This document shows positions 49,857-60,607 of a DNA stretch of 64,000 nt, in pieces; positions within the stretch are counted from its first letter, which is position 1, and every line of letters begins with the position of its first letter. The position numbers and the translations under genes were made by a program. Source of the stretch: Akkermansiaceae bacterium UBA1315 (GTDB lineage: Bacteria > Verrucomicrobiota > Verrucomicrobiia > Verrucomicrobiales > Akkermansiaceae); NCBI GenBank assembly GCA_002307065.1, contig DBTN01000037.1, positions 18,230 to 82,229 of the forward strand, given 5' to 3'. Under the pieces are notes generated by a model. The model did no database searches. It was not told the origin of the DNA and worked only from the letters and a program-made list of their open reading frames with translations.

Positions 49857-51200
49857 TTATTCGAATTTAATCCGGGGATCCACCATCGCGACAATAAAGT
49901 CGGAGATCACATTTCCAATCAGCATGAGAAATGCGGCAATGGTCAGCGTGCCCATGATGACCGGCACGTCGCGGGCGATGACCGATTGGTATTGCAGCAG
50001 ACCAAATCCCTGAATGTCGAAAACTGTTTCGATCAACATCGAACCGCCAACAAAAATGCCGACCAATCCGCCCAGACTGGTCGCGATGGGGATCATCGAG
50101 TTTTTCAGAGCGTGACCGAAAACCGCTTTGCGAAAACTCGCACCTTTCGCCACCGCGGTCCGCACATAATCGGCGGCGAGATGATCCATCAGATTGTTTT
50201 TCGTCAGCATCGTCAGCATCGCGAATCCACCGATGACATAACATAACAACGGCAAAACCGTGTGATGGGCGAGATCCTTGACCTTATCCCAATCCCCCAT
50301 TTGATCGAAGTCCGGACTGGTGAGTCCAAAGAGCGGGAAAAGATTCATGCGCGCACCGAGATGAACTAACAGAATCGCGCCGAGCGCAAAACCGGGGATG
50401 GAATAACCGATGAAAATCAGCACCGAACTCGCGCTATCGATAAACGTCCGGTGACGCAGCGCTTTCAAAATCCCGAGCGGAATGCAAACCGCGTAAGTGA
50501 TAAACGCCGTCAGCAATCCAAAATACACCGCGACCGGCATGCGGCTGAGAATCATTTCGTGAACCGGATCGTTATAAACCGTCGAGCGTCCGAGATCGCC
50601 CTGCAAAAGACCGGCCATCCGCGTTTGATAAATCACCGCGCGCGGGCTGTAACTCGGCACGTTTTCGCTACCGGTATTGCGCCGCTTGAACCGGTCCTGC
50701 CGATCCTTTTCCGTCTCAAAGCGCGCTTTCCACCCCTCGTCGGAAATCGCCCGACCGGTCTCGGCAAAAACCGCGGAAGAAATCCGATCGCCATCGCGAG
50801 TCACATGGACCAGCCGCCCGTCGCCGCGCAATACCACCGAGGCGATCTTTTCGGTATCGATCGAGCCGCCGATCGTTTCCTCACCCTGCGGGCCATACTC
50901 ACCTTTTGAAATGCGCGTTTCCTTCGGCAAGAGCCCGAGCCACTGGGCATACGCGCGCAAGACCGGTTGATCGAGGCCGAATTGCTCTTCCAAATCTTCC
51001 ATTTGCTCTTCGCTCAACCCGCCTTGGGATGAATTCGATGCCGACCGGTTTCCACCTTTTTCCGCCGCCCGCGCCGCTTCTTGCAGCGCCTGGTCCATCG
51101 GCCCGCCCGGAACAAACCGAGTGATGGTGAACACGAGCAGCGTGATCCCGATCATCGTCGGAAAAATAAGCAGCAGTCGTCTGAGAAAGTAACTTTTCAC
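49857..51200 (-). CDS. yejB: YejB-like ABC permease
   Basis: YFLRRLLLIFPTMIGI, FVPGGP and DYVRTAVAKG motifs. Confidence 0.82.
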   Translation of the reverse strand: MKSYFLRRLLLIFPTMIGITLLVFTITRFVPGGPMDQALQEAARAAEKGGNRSASNSSQGGLSEEQMEDLEEQFGLDQPVLRAYAQWLGLLPKETRISKGEYGPQGEETIGGSIDTEKIASVVLRGDGRLVHVTRDGDRISSAVFAETGRAISDEGWKARFETEKDRQDRFKRRNTGSENVPSYSPRAVIYQTRMAGLLQGDLGRSTVYNDPVHEMILSRMPVAVYFGLLTAFITYAVCIPLGILKALRHRTFIDSASSVLIFIGYSIPGFALGAILLVHLGARMNLFPLFGLTSPDFDQMGDWDKVKDLAHHTVLPLLCYVIGGFAMLTMLTKNNLMDHLAADYVRTAVAKGASFRKAVFGHALKNSMIPIATSLGGLVGIFVGGSMLIETVFDIQGFGLLQYQSVIARDVPVIMGTLTIAAFLMLIGNVISDFIVAMVDPRIKFE

Positions 51201-51317
51201 GCAGTGTTCGCTAAGCTTTTACCCCGGCTGCGATCCCATGCAAGTCTCGACGCCACCCGTAAGCGCCGCCGGGCTTGGACATTGCGGAAATTTTCGCGAC
51301 AACTGAGAACTTGGTGA

Positions 51318-51665
51318 TCAGTTCTGGGACGACGGCGCGGAATTTTCTCCCGGTTCTAAAAAGATGTAGTCGCCAATTTTTGCTGAGACAATTGCGGCAC
51401 GGATCCGGTCCACAAATCGCGGAATGTCTTTTCGTCGAATGAAGGGAAGCTCGATAATGGCGATCGCCCGGTTTTTAAGATTCTGCTGGTAACGCAGATT
51501 CTGATCCGCTGTTAAAAAGACGTCGAAATTTCCATCGATCAGCGAAATCAGTTCCCCGTTCTGAATCCCCGCCCATCCTTGATATTGAACGGTAAAAACT
51601 TCGAATTCCGTCAGATGGTGGCGCAAAGGCTGCGGCAGATTTTCATCGAGAATGACTTTCTTCAC
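51318..51665 (-). CDS. DUF5615 PIN-like toxin
   Basis: VILDENLP...GWAGIQNGELI...FLTADQNLRYQQNL. Confidence 0.88.
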   Translation of the reverse strand: MKKVILDENLPQPLRHHLTEFEVFTVQYQGWAGIQNGELISLIDGNFDVFLTADQNLRYQQNLKNRAIAIIELPFIRRKDIPRFVDRIRAAIVSAKIGDYIFLEPGENSAPSSQN

Positions 51666-51858
51666 GCGCCAGTTTCAGGAAAAGGGTTGCGTCATCTTTG
51701 TTCACCGTGGGGAAATCTTCCAAAAATTCTCCCAACGTGTCTCCAGCATCAATGTAGTTCAACAGAGTTTGAGCCTTCACTCTCGTCCCTTTGAAAACCA
51801 AGGTGCCGCCCAAGACCTTCGGGTCTGAATGAACCGGACTGTGATCAAGCGTGAGCAT
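51643..51858 (-). CDS. DUF433 family antitoxin
   Basis: HSDPKVLGGTLVFKGTRV...LEDFPTV; overlaps the toxin start. Confidence 0.9.
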   Translation of the reverse strand: MLTLDHSPVHSDPKVLGGTLVFKGTRVKAQTLLNYIDAGDTLGEFLEDFPTVNKDDATLFLKLAREESHSR

Positions 51859-51973
51859 GCGAAAAAAAATAGCAGAACTGCTCAAAATTACCAGCGGCGA
51901 ATCCGAACGGACCGGAACCTGCAGAAAAAATTCCGCTGCATTTCTTGCGAGAAGGCGTCACCATCGGTTCGTC

Positions 51974-53575
51974 ATGGTTTGCAGGCTTGCCCTCATCGTT
52001 TTCCCCGCTTTTTTGCTTCTCGCTTCCTGCCAGAAGGAGACACAGGTCGATCGTGCGACCAAAGACGGAATTTTGCTGGTGGGAAATTCGGCCGAACCCA
52101 AGGCACTGGACCCGCATTTGGTGACTGGGGTGATCGAGAGCAAGGTGATCAGCGCGCTTTTTGAAGGGCTCGTCGGCAATGATCCGAAGGATGACGACGC
52201 CACCCCGCCCGGCGCGGCGACTTCCTGGGAGCACAACGCGGACATGACCGAATGGACGTTCCGCCTGCAACCGGAAGGAAAATGGTCGGACGGAAAACCG
52301 GTGACGGCTCGCGATTTTGCATTCGCTTACCACCGGTTGCTGCATCCGGACACAGCGGGACCTTATGCGGAAATGCTCTATTTCCTCAAAAACGCGGAAG
52401 ATTTCAACAAAGGCAAAATCACCGATTTTTCGCAGGTCGGGGTGAAGGCGATCGATGATCTGACGCTGCAAGTGCAACTCCGCGAACCGGTTCCCTTCCT
52501 CCCGTCGCTCACCCGCCATTACACGTGGTTTCCGGTGCCGGAACACGTCGTGCTGAAATTCGGAAAAATGACCGACCGGTTTACGAAATGGAGCAATTTC
52601 CCGAACTTGGTCGGCAACGGCCCGTTCAAACTGACGAAATGGCGGTTTCACGATGTGATCGAGGTCGACCGCAACCCGTATTATTGGGACAACGCACACG
52701 TCGGCATCAACGGCATCCGGTTTTTCCCAATCGAAAATCCCTACACCGAAACCCGAGCCTTCCTCTCCGGCCAGCTTCACACGACCTATGCGCTGCCACC
52801 GGATCTGCTGAAATCGATGAAGGCGAAATCGCCGGAATTTCTCCGCCAGGAACCCTACGTTGGCACCGTTTTTGTCCGCCTGAATACCACGCGCCCCGCG
52901 CTCAACGACGAACGCGTCCGCCAGGCGCTCTCGCTCACGATCGATCGCAAACAAATCTGCGAACACATCGCCGAAGGCTTCGAGCCGGCGAAATCCTTCA
53001 TCCCGAAAATGGGCGCTTACGAGCCGGAACCGGTTCTGACGTTCGATCCGGAAAAAGCCCGCAAACTTTTGGCGGAAGCCGGTTATCCGAACGGCGACCA
53101 TTTCCCGCGCTTCTCGCTGCTCATCGCCCGCCCCTCCGCACGCGCAAGTGCCGAAGCCTTGCAAGCGATGTGGAAAGAGCACCTCAACATTTTGGTCAAC
53201 ATTCAAAACAAGGACTGGGGCTCGTATGTTTCCGCGCAGCAGAGTTTGGATTTCGACATGGCGATGGCCGGATGGATCGGCGACTACCTCGACCCGACGA
53301 CGTTTCTCAACATGTGGACCCAAGGAAACGGCAACAACAATACCGGTTGGAGCAATGCCAGTTACGAAGCGTTCCTCCGCGAAGCCGCATTAAAATCCGA
53401 ACCCGCCGAACGCCTCGCGCTTTTTCGCCAAGCGGAAAGTTTGTTGATGAAATCCCAGCCGATCCTGCCGATTTCGCACTACGCCCGCGTCTATCTTCAC
53501 CGGCCCGAAGTAAAAAACTGGCATCCCATTCTGTTAGACAATCATCCATGGAAAGCGATCCGCCTCGAAAAGTGA
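51974..53575 (+). CDS. oppA: Oligopeptide-binding lipoprotein
   Basis: Lipobox LAS-C; EPKALDPH, LFEGLV, WSDGKPVTA.DF and VGNGPF motifs. Confidence 0.92.
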   Translation: MVCRLALIVFPAFLLLASCQKETQVDRATKDGILLVGNSAEPKALDPHLVTGVIESKVISALFEGLVGNDPKDDDATPPGAATSWEHNADMTEWTFRLQPEGKWSDGKPVTARDFAFAYHRLLHPDTAGPYAEMLYFLKNAEDFNKGKITDFSQVGVKAIDDLTLQVQLREPVPFLPSLTRHYTWFPVPEHVVLKFGKMTDRFTKWSNFPNLVGNGPFKLTKWRFHDVIEVDRNPYYWDNAHVGINGIRFFPIENPYTETRAFLSGQLHTTYALPPDLLKSMKAKSPEFLRQEPYVGTVFVRLNTTRPALNDERVRQALSLTIDRKQICEHIAEGFEPAKSFIPKMGAYEPEPVLTFDPEKARKLLAEAGYPNGDHFPRFSLLIARPSARASAEALQAMWKEHLNILVNIQNKDWGSYVSAQQSLDFDMAMAGWIGDYLDPTTFLNMWTQGNGNNNTGWSNASYEAFLREAALKSEPAERLALFRQAESLLMKSQPILPISHYARVYLHRPEVKNWHPILLDNHPWKAIRLEK

Positions 53576-53590
53576 ACCGCACCCCACGCC

Positions 53591-54520
53591 ATGCTCGCTA
53601 ATATTTCCCAACGTTTCCTCCAGGGGCTGCTCGTGCTTTTTGTCCTGTTCACGGTCACATTTTTCCTGATCAAAGCGCTGCCCGGCGGCCCATTCAAGTC
53701 AGCGGAAAAAGCGATCCCCGAGCACATCCGGGCGAAGATCGAAGCCTACTACGGCCTCGATCAACCGGTTTTCATTCAATACGGACGACAGTTGAAAAAC
53801 CTCGTCACCGGTGATCCCGGCGTGAGCTTGCGACTCGAAGGCCGCGAAGTCACCGAGATCATTTCACAAGGTTTTCCGGTTTCGCTGCGGCTCGGATTGG
53901 TCGCGATGGTTTTTGCGATTCTCATCGGCATTCCGCTCGGCGTGATCGCGGCGTGGAAAAAAAACACGCTGATGGATTATTCGGCGATGGCCTTGGCGAT
54001 GATCGGCATTTGCATCCCGAGTTTTGTGATCGGCCCGCTGCTCGCGGAACAATTCAGCCGTCGTCTCAATCTGCTCCCCGCGACCGGTTGGGATCCGCTT
54101 TCGCCTTCATCTTGGCTTCTGCCATCCCTCACGCTTGGCCTCGCGACCGCCGCTTATCTTTCCCGACTCACCCGCGCGGGCATGCTGGAAATCCTCAATC
54201 AGGACTACATTCGCACCGCGCGATCCAAAGGCGTCGGCAGCTTTCGTTTGCTCGTCGTGCACTGTTTGCGCGGCGGCTTGATCCCAGCGGTCGCCTACAT
54301 CGGCCCGGCATTCGCGGCGATCATTTCCGGCTCGGTCGTCATCGAAAGCATCTTCGCCATGCCCGGTCTCGGCCTGCATTTCATCAAGTCGATCGAGGTC
54401 GGCGATTCACCGGTCATCCTCGGCATCGTCATGCTTTACGGCATCCTCATCATCCTCGCCAATTTCGCCACGGATCTCCTCGGCCTTTGGCTCAACCCGC
54501 GCCTCCGCGCCAGCCGCTGA
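53591..54520 (+). CDS. oppB: Oligopeptide ABC permease
   Basis: PGGPF, YGLDQP and DYIRTARSKG motifs. Confidence 0.92.
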   Translation: MLANISQRFLQGLLVLFVLFTVTFFLIKALPGGPFKSAEKAIPEHIRAKIEAYYGLDQPVFIQYGRQLKNLVTGDPGVSLRLEGREVTEIISQGFPVSLRLGLVAMVFAILIGIPLGVIAAWKKNTLMDYSAMALAMIGICIPSFVIGPLLAEQFSRRLNLLPATGWDPLSPSSWLLPSLTLGLATAAYLSRLTRAGMLEILNQDYIRTARSKGVGSFRLLVVHCLRGGLIPAVAYIGPAFAAIISGSVVIESIFAMPGLGLHFIKSIEVGDSPVILGIVMLYGILIILANFATDLLGLWLNPRLRASR

Positions 54521-54527
54521 ATTTCCC

Positions 54528-55505
54528 ATGTCCGACGTCACCGTTGAAAAAAGCAGCTCACTCTGGAAAGACGCCGTCCACCGGTTGCAGCGGAATCGCG
54601 CCGCGATCGTCAGCCTCATCGCGCTCGCGATCATCATTTTCGCCTGCATCGTCCTGCCCGCGATCCCCGGCTTCCTCCAAGACCCGAACGCCCAAAATCT
54701 CCCGAACAAAAACATCGGGCCCTCCGCTTCGCACTGGTTCGGCACCGATCACCTCGGCCGCGATATTTTTTCCCGCGTCCTGACCGGTGGTCGCATCTCG
54801 ATCGCCGTCGGCCTGATCACGACCCTCGTTTCCGTCACCATCGGCGTCTGTTGGGGCGCGATCTCCGGTTATGTCGGCGGAAAAACGGATTCGGTGATGA
54901 TGCGCATCGTCGATATCCTTTTCGCGCTGCCGTTTCTCATCATCGTGATTCTGTTGGGAAAAACGCTCGAACCGATCACCGCCAGCCTGACGAATTTCAT
55001 CGTCGATTCGCTCAACAAAACTGGGGCTGCCACGGAAACCCTGAATAAAACCCGTGCTTGGGTCGAGCCGATCACCACGCTCGTCCCGCTGTTCATTGCC
55101 ATCGGCACCCTTTCCTGGCTCACCGTTTCCCGCATCGTCCGCGCCCAAGTTCAAAGCGTGGCAAAACAGGAATTTGTGGAAGCGGCCCGCTCGCTCGGAC
55201 TCGGGCACTGCCGCATCTTGTTCCGTCACATTTTACCCAACACCCTCGGCCCGATCATCGTTTACACGACACTCACCATCCCCAGCGTCATGCTCCTGGA
55301 AGCAACCCTTTCGTTCCTTGGACTCGGGGTGAAACCGCCCTACAGCTCATGGGGCATCCTCATCGACGAAGGCGCAAACCGGATGATCTCCAATGGCTGG
55401 CTGCTTTTTTTCCCCACTCTCTTTTTCTCCACCACCCTCTTCGCCCTCAATTTTCTCGGCGACGGCCTCCGCGACGCCCTCGACCCCAAATCCGCAAAAG
55501 ATTAA
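54528..55505 (+). CDS. oppC: Oligopeptide ABC permease
   Basis: HWFGTDHLGRD, EFVEAARSLG and GDGLRDALDP motifs. Confidence 0.93.
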   Translation: MSDVTVEKSSSLWKDAVHRLQRNRAAIVSLIALAIIIFACIVLPAIPGFLQDPNAQNLPNKNIGPSASHWFGTDHLGRDIFSRVLTGGRISIAVGLITTLVSVTIGVCWGAISGYVGGKTDSVMMRIVDILFALPFLIIVILLGKTLEPITASLTNFIVDSLNKTGAATETLNKTRAWVEPITTLVPLFIAIGTLSWLTVSRIVRAQVQSVAKQEFVEAARSLGLGHCRILFRHILPNTLGPIIVYTTLTIPSVMLLEATLSFLGLGVKPPYSSWGILIDEGANRMISNGWLLFFPTLFFSTTLFALNFLGDGLRDALDPKSAKD

Positions 55506-55509
55506 AAAT

Positions 55510-55530
55510 TGGACCTCGGACTTTAGTCCG
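55510..55530. repeat. REP-like palindrome of the same family as 38577
   Basis: tggacctcggactttagtccg. Confidence 0.75.
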
Positions 55531-55560
55531 ATCTTTTTCATCATTCCGGCCTTTCCAAAA

Positions 55561-55640
55561 CGCAGATTAAAGGATTACGCAGATTACGCAGATTCATTTT
55601 TAAGGTTCAGAAATCCATTCTTCAATCCGCGTAATCTGCG
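55561..55640. repeat. CGCAGATTA tandem units with a 17-bp inverted copy (miniature hairpin element)
   Basis: cgcagattacgcagatt (55578-55594) pairs with aatccgcgtaatctgcg (55624-55640), one mismatch. Confidence 0.75.
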
Positions 55641-55679
55641 CTAAAAAACGCGCCGCTCATCCAGTCCCCTTTTCTTAAA

Positions 55680-57575
55680 ATGTCTCTTCTCTCCGCCAAC
55701 GAAATCCGCCTCTCCTACGGTTACCAAACCCTTCTCGATGGCGTCACCCTTGCCGTCTCCGCTGGCGAAAAAGTCGGCCTGGTCGGCCGCAATGGCTGCG
55801 GAAAAACCTCGCTGCTCAAAATCCTGACCGGCCAGCAAAAGGCCGATTCCGGCGATATCTCGCTGCGCCGTGCGATCCGCGTCGGCTATCTGCCCCAGGA
55901 ATTCGAACTCGATCCCACCCTCAGCGTCCAAGAAAACATTGCCGCTGGAGCTGCCGACGTCGTCGACGCGATCACCCGTTACGAAAATGGTGACGGCTCG
56001 GAAGCGGAGCTCAACAACCTGCTCCATTTCATTGACCACACCGATGGCTGGAATCTCGACAGCCGGATCAAAGCCACCGCTACCGCGCTCGATGCGCCAC
56101 CGCTCGACGCACCGGTCGGCCCGCTTTCCGGTGGGGAAAAACGCCGCGTCGCCCTTTGTCGCGCGCTGGCCTGCCAACCGGATTTACTTCTGCTCGATGA
56201 ACCGACCAACCATCTCGACGCCGAATCGATCCGCTGGTTGGAAGAATATCTCAAGACCTTTCCCGGCGCCGTCATCTTCGTCACCCACGACCGGTATTTC
56301 CTCGACGTCATCGCCACCCGCATCATCGAGATCGACCAAGGCCGTGCTTTTTCCCATCCGGGAAATTACACCGCTTTCCTCGAATCCAAAGCCATCCGCC
56401 AACAGATCGCCGGACAAACCGAGCGCCGCCGCCAACGTTTCCTTCGCACCGAACTCGAATGGGTTCGCGCCGGCGTCAAAGCCCGCGGCACGAAAGCGCG
56501 TAACCGATTGGACCAGTTTTACGAAGTCGAAGGCATGGAAGCCCCGCCCGAAGAACGGGAAATGGACTTGCTCATGCCACCGCCGCCGGACCTCGGAAAC
56601 ATCGTCGTCGATCTCGAAAACGCCGGAGTCAACGTCGGCGCACCCGGATCCCCTCGCTGGCTTTTCCGCAACCTCACCCTCAACCTCCGCCCCGGCCAAT
56701 GCACCGGCATCATCGGTCGCAACGGCGTCGGAAAAACGACGTTGCTCAAACTTTGCCTCGGCCAGATCGAACCGACCGAAGGCACCGCCGTCACCGGCAA
56801 ACGCGTCAAGGTCAACTACATCGACCAAACGCGCATGCAGCTCGACGGAACCGGTTCGCTGCTCGATGAAATTTCCGACGGCAACGAAAAAGTCCAATTC
56901 GGCAACCAAGTGCTCGGCGCCCGCGCCTACCTCCGCCGCTTCCTTTTCAACGACCAACGCATCAATGAACGTGTCGATCTCATGTCCGGCGGCGAACGCG
57001 CCCGACTGATGCTCGCCAAAGTGCTGAAAAACGGCGGCAACCTCATCGTCCTCGACGAGCCCACCAACGATCTCGATTTGCAATCGTTGCGAATGCTTGA
57101 GGAAGCGCTCGCGAGTTTTGATGGTTCGGTCATCGTCGTTTCCCACGACCGGTATTTCCTCGATCGGATTTGTGATCAGATCATCGCCTTCGAAGACGGC
57201 GGCGTCACGGTTCAGGAAGGAAATTATTCCTACTATCTCGAAAAGCGCCAAGCGCGCGAGAACGCCCAAAAAATCCAAGCCCAAGCCGCCGCGCGAGACG
57301 CCGCCGCTCGTCAAAAAGCCGCCGCCAGCCCTCAAACTCCGGCGAAAAAAGGCCGCAAACTTTCCTTTAACGAGAAAAACGAACTCGAAACCATCGAAGC
57401 CGTGATTCATGCCGCCGAAGAGGAAACCGGTCTGCTCGAAGCCCAACTGAACGACCCGGATTTCCAAGCCAAGAACTTCAACGAAATCCCCGCCCTCGTC
57501 GAAAAGCTCGAAGCCCAAAAAGCCAAAGTCGCCGCGCTCTACACCCGCTGGGAAGAACTCGAAGCACTCGCATAA
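55680..57575 (+). CDS. uup: ABC-F family ATPase (Uup-like)
   Basis: Two ABC domains (GRNGCGKT and LSGGEKRR; GRNGVGKT and MSGGERAR) and a C-terminal coiled KLSFNE...RWEEL tail. Confidence 0.9.
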   Translation: MSLLSANEIRLSYGYQTLLDGVTLAVSAGEKVGLVGRNGCGKTSLLKILTGQQKADSGDISLRRAIRVGYLPQEFELDPTLSVQENIAAGAADVVDAITRYENGDGSEAELNNLLHFIDHTDGWNLDSRIKATATALDAPPLDAPVGPLSGGEKRRVALCRALACQPDLLLLDEPTNHLDAESIRWLEEYLKTFPGAVIFVTHDRYFLDVIATRIIEIDQGRAFSHPGNYTAFLESKAIRQQIAGQTERRRQRFLRTELEWVRAGVKARGTKARNRLDQFYEVEGMEAPPEEREMDLLMPPPPDLGNIVVDLENAGVNVGAPGSPRWLFRNLTLNLRPGQCTGIIGRNGVGKTTLLKLCLGQIEPTEGTAVTGKRVKVNYIDQTRMQLDGTGSLLDEISDGNEKVQFGNQVLGARAYLRRFLFNDQRINERVDLMSGGERARLMLAKVLKNGGNLIVLDEPTNDLDLQSLRMLEEALASFDGSVIVVSHDRYFLDRICDQIIAFEDGGVTVQEGNYSYYLEKRQARENAQKIQAQAAARDAAARQKAAASPQTPAKKGRKLSFNEKNELETIEAVIHAAEEETGLLEAQLNDPDFQAKNFNEIPALVEKLEAQKAKVAALYTRWEELEALA

Positions 57576-57580
57576 CTCAA

Positions 57581-57646
57581 GGAGTGTTGGCGTCTCGCCA
57601 ACGCCTAGAGTTTCAAAATTACATGTTGCCGAGGCGCCAGCGCTCC
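57581..57646. repeat. REP-like inverted doublet GGAG(C/T)G(C/T)TGGCG(C/T)CTCG(C/G)CAAC
   Basis: 57581-57602 and inverted 57625-57646 match at 18 of 22 positions. Confidence 0.7.
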
Positions 57647-57694
57647 TTGAAAACACCATTGCGTCCCGATCGAAAAACCGGTTCACTTTCGCTT

Positions 57695-57807
57695 ATGGAT
57701 TACCGAAGGATTCCCGGCCTCGATCCAAAAATTTTGGACGATCCGATCTTCCAACGAATCAACGCCGAAAAAAATGAGGTGGAAGTAATCAGGGAGACCA
57801 AATCCAG

Positions 57808-57811
<4 letters not shown>
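57695..57811 (+). CDS. 38-aa upstream ORF coupled (ATGA overlap) to potA
   Basis: MDYRRIPGLDPKILDDPIFQRINAEKNEVEVIRETKSR; its TGA overlaps the potA ATG. Confidence 0.45.
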
Positions 57812-58943
<1,132 letters not shown>

Positions 58944-58947
<4 letters not shown>

Positions 58948-59771
58948 ACCGTCGCCGGGAATGGCTAAACACCGCGCCCAGCTTTCTTTGGCTGACGGTT
59001 TTTGTCGTGCTTCCGGTGCTGGTGATTTTCGCGATCGCGTTTCGCCCGACGCTCGGCGGCGGCGGGATCGGCGACGGCTGGAGCCTCGATGCGATACGAT
59101 CGCTTTGGGACTTCAGTTATCTTGAATTGCTTTCGCGCACCGTTTGGATCAGCGCGGCGGTGACCGGTCTGTGCCTGCTCGTTTCCTTGCCGGTCGCCTA
59201 TGCCATGGCGCGCATGACGCCGGTTTGGCGGGCGCGAGTGGTGCTGCTCGTGATCGTCCCGTTTTGGACGAATTTTGTCATCCGCGTTTTTGCGTGGCAG
59301 CAGATCTTGCATGCCGAGGGCTGGCTGGCCGACCGCTTGCGCGACCTGGGAATCCTGGGCGAAAATGACCGACTGTTGGGAAATGCGTTCGCGGTGATCC
59401 TGGTCAGCGTTTACACTTATCTCCCGTTTGGCATTCTGCCGCTTTTCGCTGCTGCGGAAAAATTCGATTTCGGTCTGTTAGATGCCGCGCGTGATCTCGG
59501 AGCGGGAGCCTTGCGATCGATCACAACGGTTTTTCTGCCAGGCATCCGCCAGGGGTTGATGACAGCGATGATCGTCATTTTCATTCCCATGCTTGGCTCC
59601 TACATCGTGCCGGACATGGTGGGGGGAACCGACTCGCAAATGATTGGAAACAAGATCGCCCAGCGAAATTTCGGCGATCGAAACTTACCCCAAGCCGCCG
59701 CGCTTTCCGCCGCGCTCACCTTGCTCGTGATCGCTCCGATGTTCCTGAAACGCAAAAAAAACGAAGCATGA
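58944..59771 (+). CDS. potB: Polyamine ABC permease
   Basis: IVPFWTNFVIR, LLDAARDLGA and LGSYIVPDMVGG motifs. Confidence 0.92.
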
Positions 59772-60556
59772 AACGCAGCCGATTTCCCCTTTTGGCAACG
59801 CTCGCGGTGCTGGCGTTTCTCTATCTGCCGATCGCTTTTCTCGTCGCCAATTCGTTCAACGCTTCCCGTTACGCGGCGAACTGGACCGGATTTTCCACGA
59901 AGTGGTATCAACGTTTGACTGAACGCGAAGATCTCACGACCGCACTCGGCACCTCATTAAAAATCGCGACCTATGCCAGCCTCGCGGCGATGATTCTCGG
60001 GACAACAGCCGCATTCGCGTTGCATCGTTACCGGTCGAAATTTCAGGAAACGCATCGCTTGCTGGTGGCGTTGCCGTTGGTGTTGCCGGATATTTTGATG
60101 GGGATGAGCTTGTTGCTTTTGTTCGTCGCCGCAGGGGTTGATCTCAGTCTGCTGACCGTGACATTCGCTCATATCACGTTTTGCCTGAGTTATGTCGCGC
60201 TGGTGGTTTCCGCACGGCTGGATGGATTTGATTTCACGGTCCTGGAAGCCGCCCGCGATCTGGGAGCGACGCCGTTTCAGACCTTTCGAAAAATCGCGCT
60301 GCCGCTTCTTGCTCCGGGAATCCTGTCCGGCGGATTGATGGCGTTCACCTTATCGATCGATGATTATGTCGTGACCTATTTTGTCAAAGGGCCCGGCACG
60401 GACACTTTGCCGACTTTGGTGTATTCCATGATCAAAAAAAGCAAGGAGCTCCCGGTGATCAACGCGCTTTCATCGATCATGCTGCTGGTCACCTTCGCAG
60501 TGGTGGCGATCGCGCAGCGCCTGACGCGGCGTGGATCGGCCGGAGAAAACCTCTGA
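59768..60556 (+). CDS. potC: Polyamine ABC permease
   Basis: FLYLPI..L..NSFN, EAARDLGATP and FTLSIDD motifs. Confidence 0.92.
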   Translation: MKRSRFPLLATLAVLAFLYLPIAFLVANSFNASRYAANWTGFSTKWYQRLTEREDLTTALGTSLKIATYASLAAMILGTTAAFALHRYRSKFQETHRLLVALPLVLPDILMGMSLLLLFVAAGVDLSLLTVTFAHITFCLSYVALVVSARLDGFDFTVLEAARDLGATPFQTFRKIALPLLAPGILSGGLMAFTLSIDDYVVTYFVKGPGTDTLPTLVYSMIKKSKELPVINALSSIMLLVTFAVVAIAQRLTRRGSAGENL

Positions 60557-60607
60557 CGTTCATTTCCTGCTCCACATTTGCCCAAGCTTCGCTTAGATCA
60601 CGGGGAA

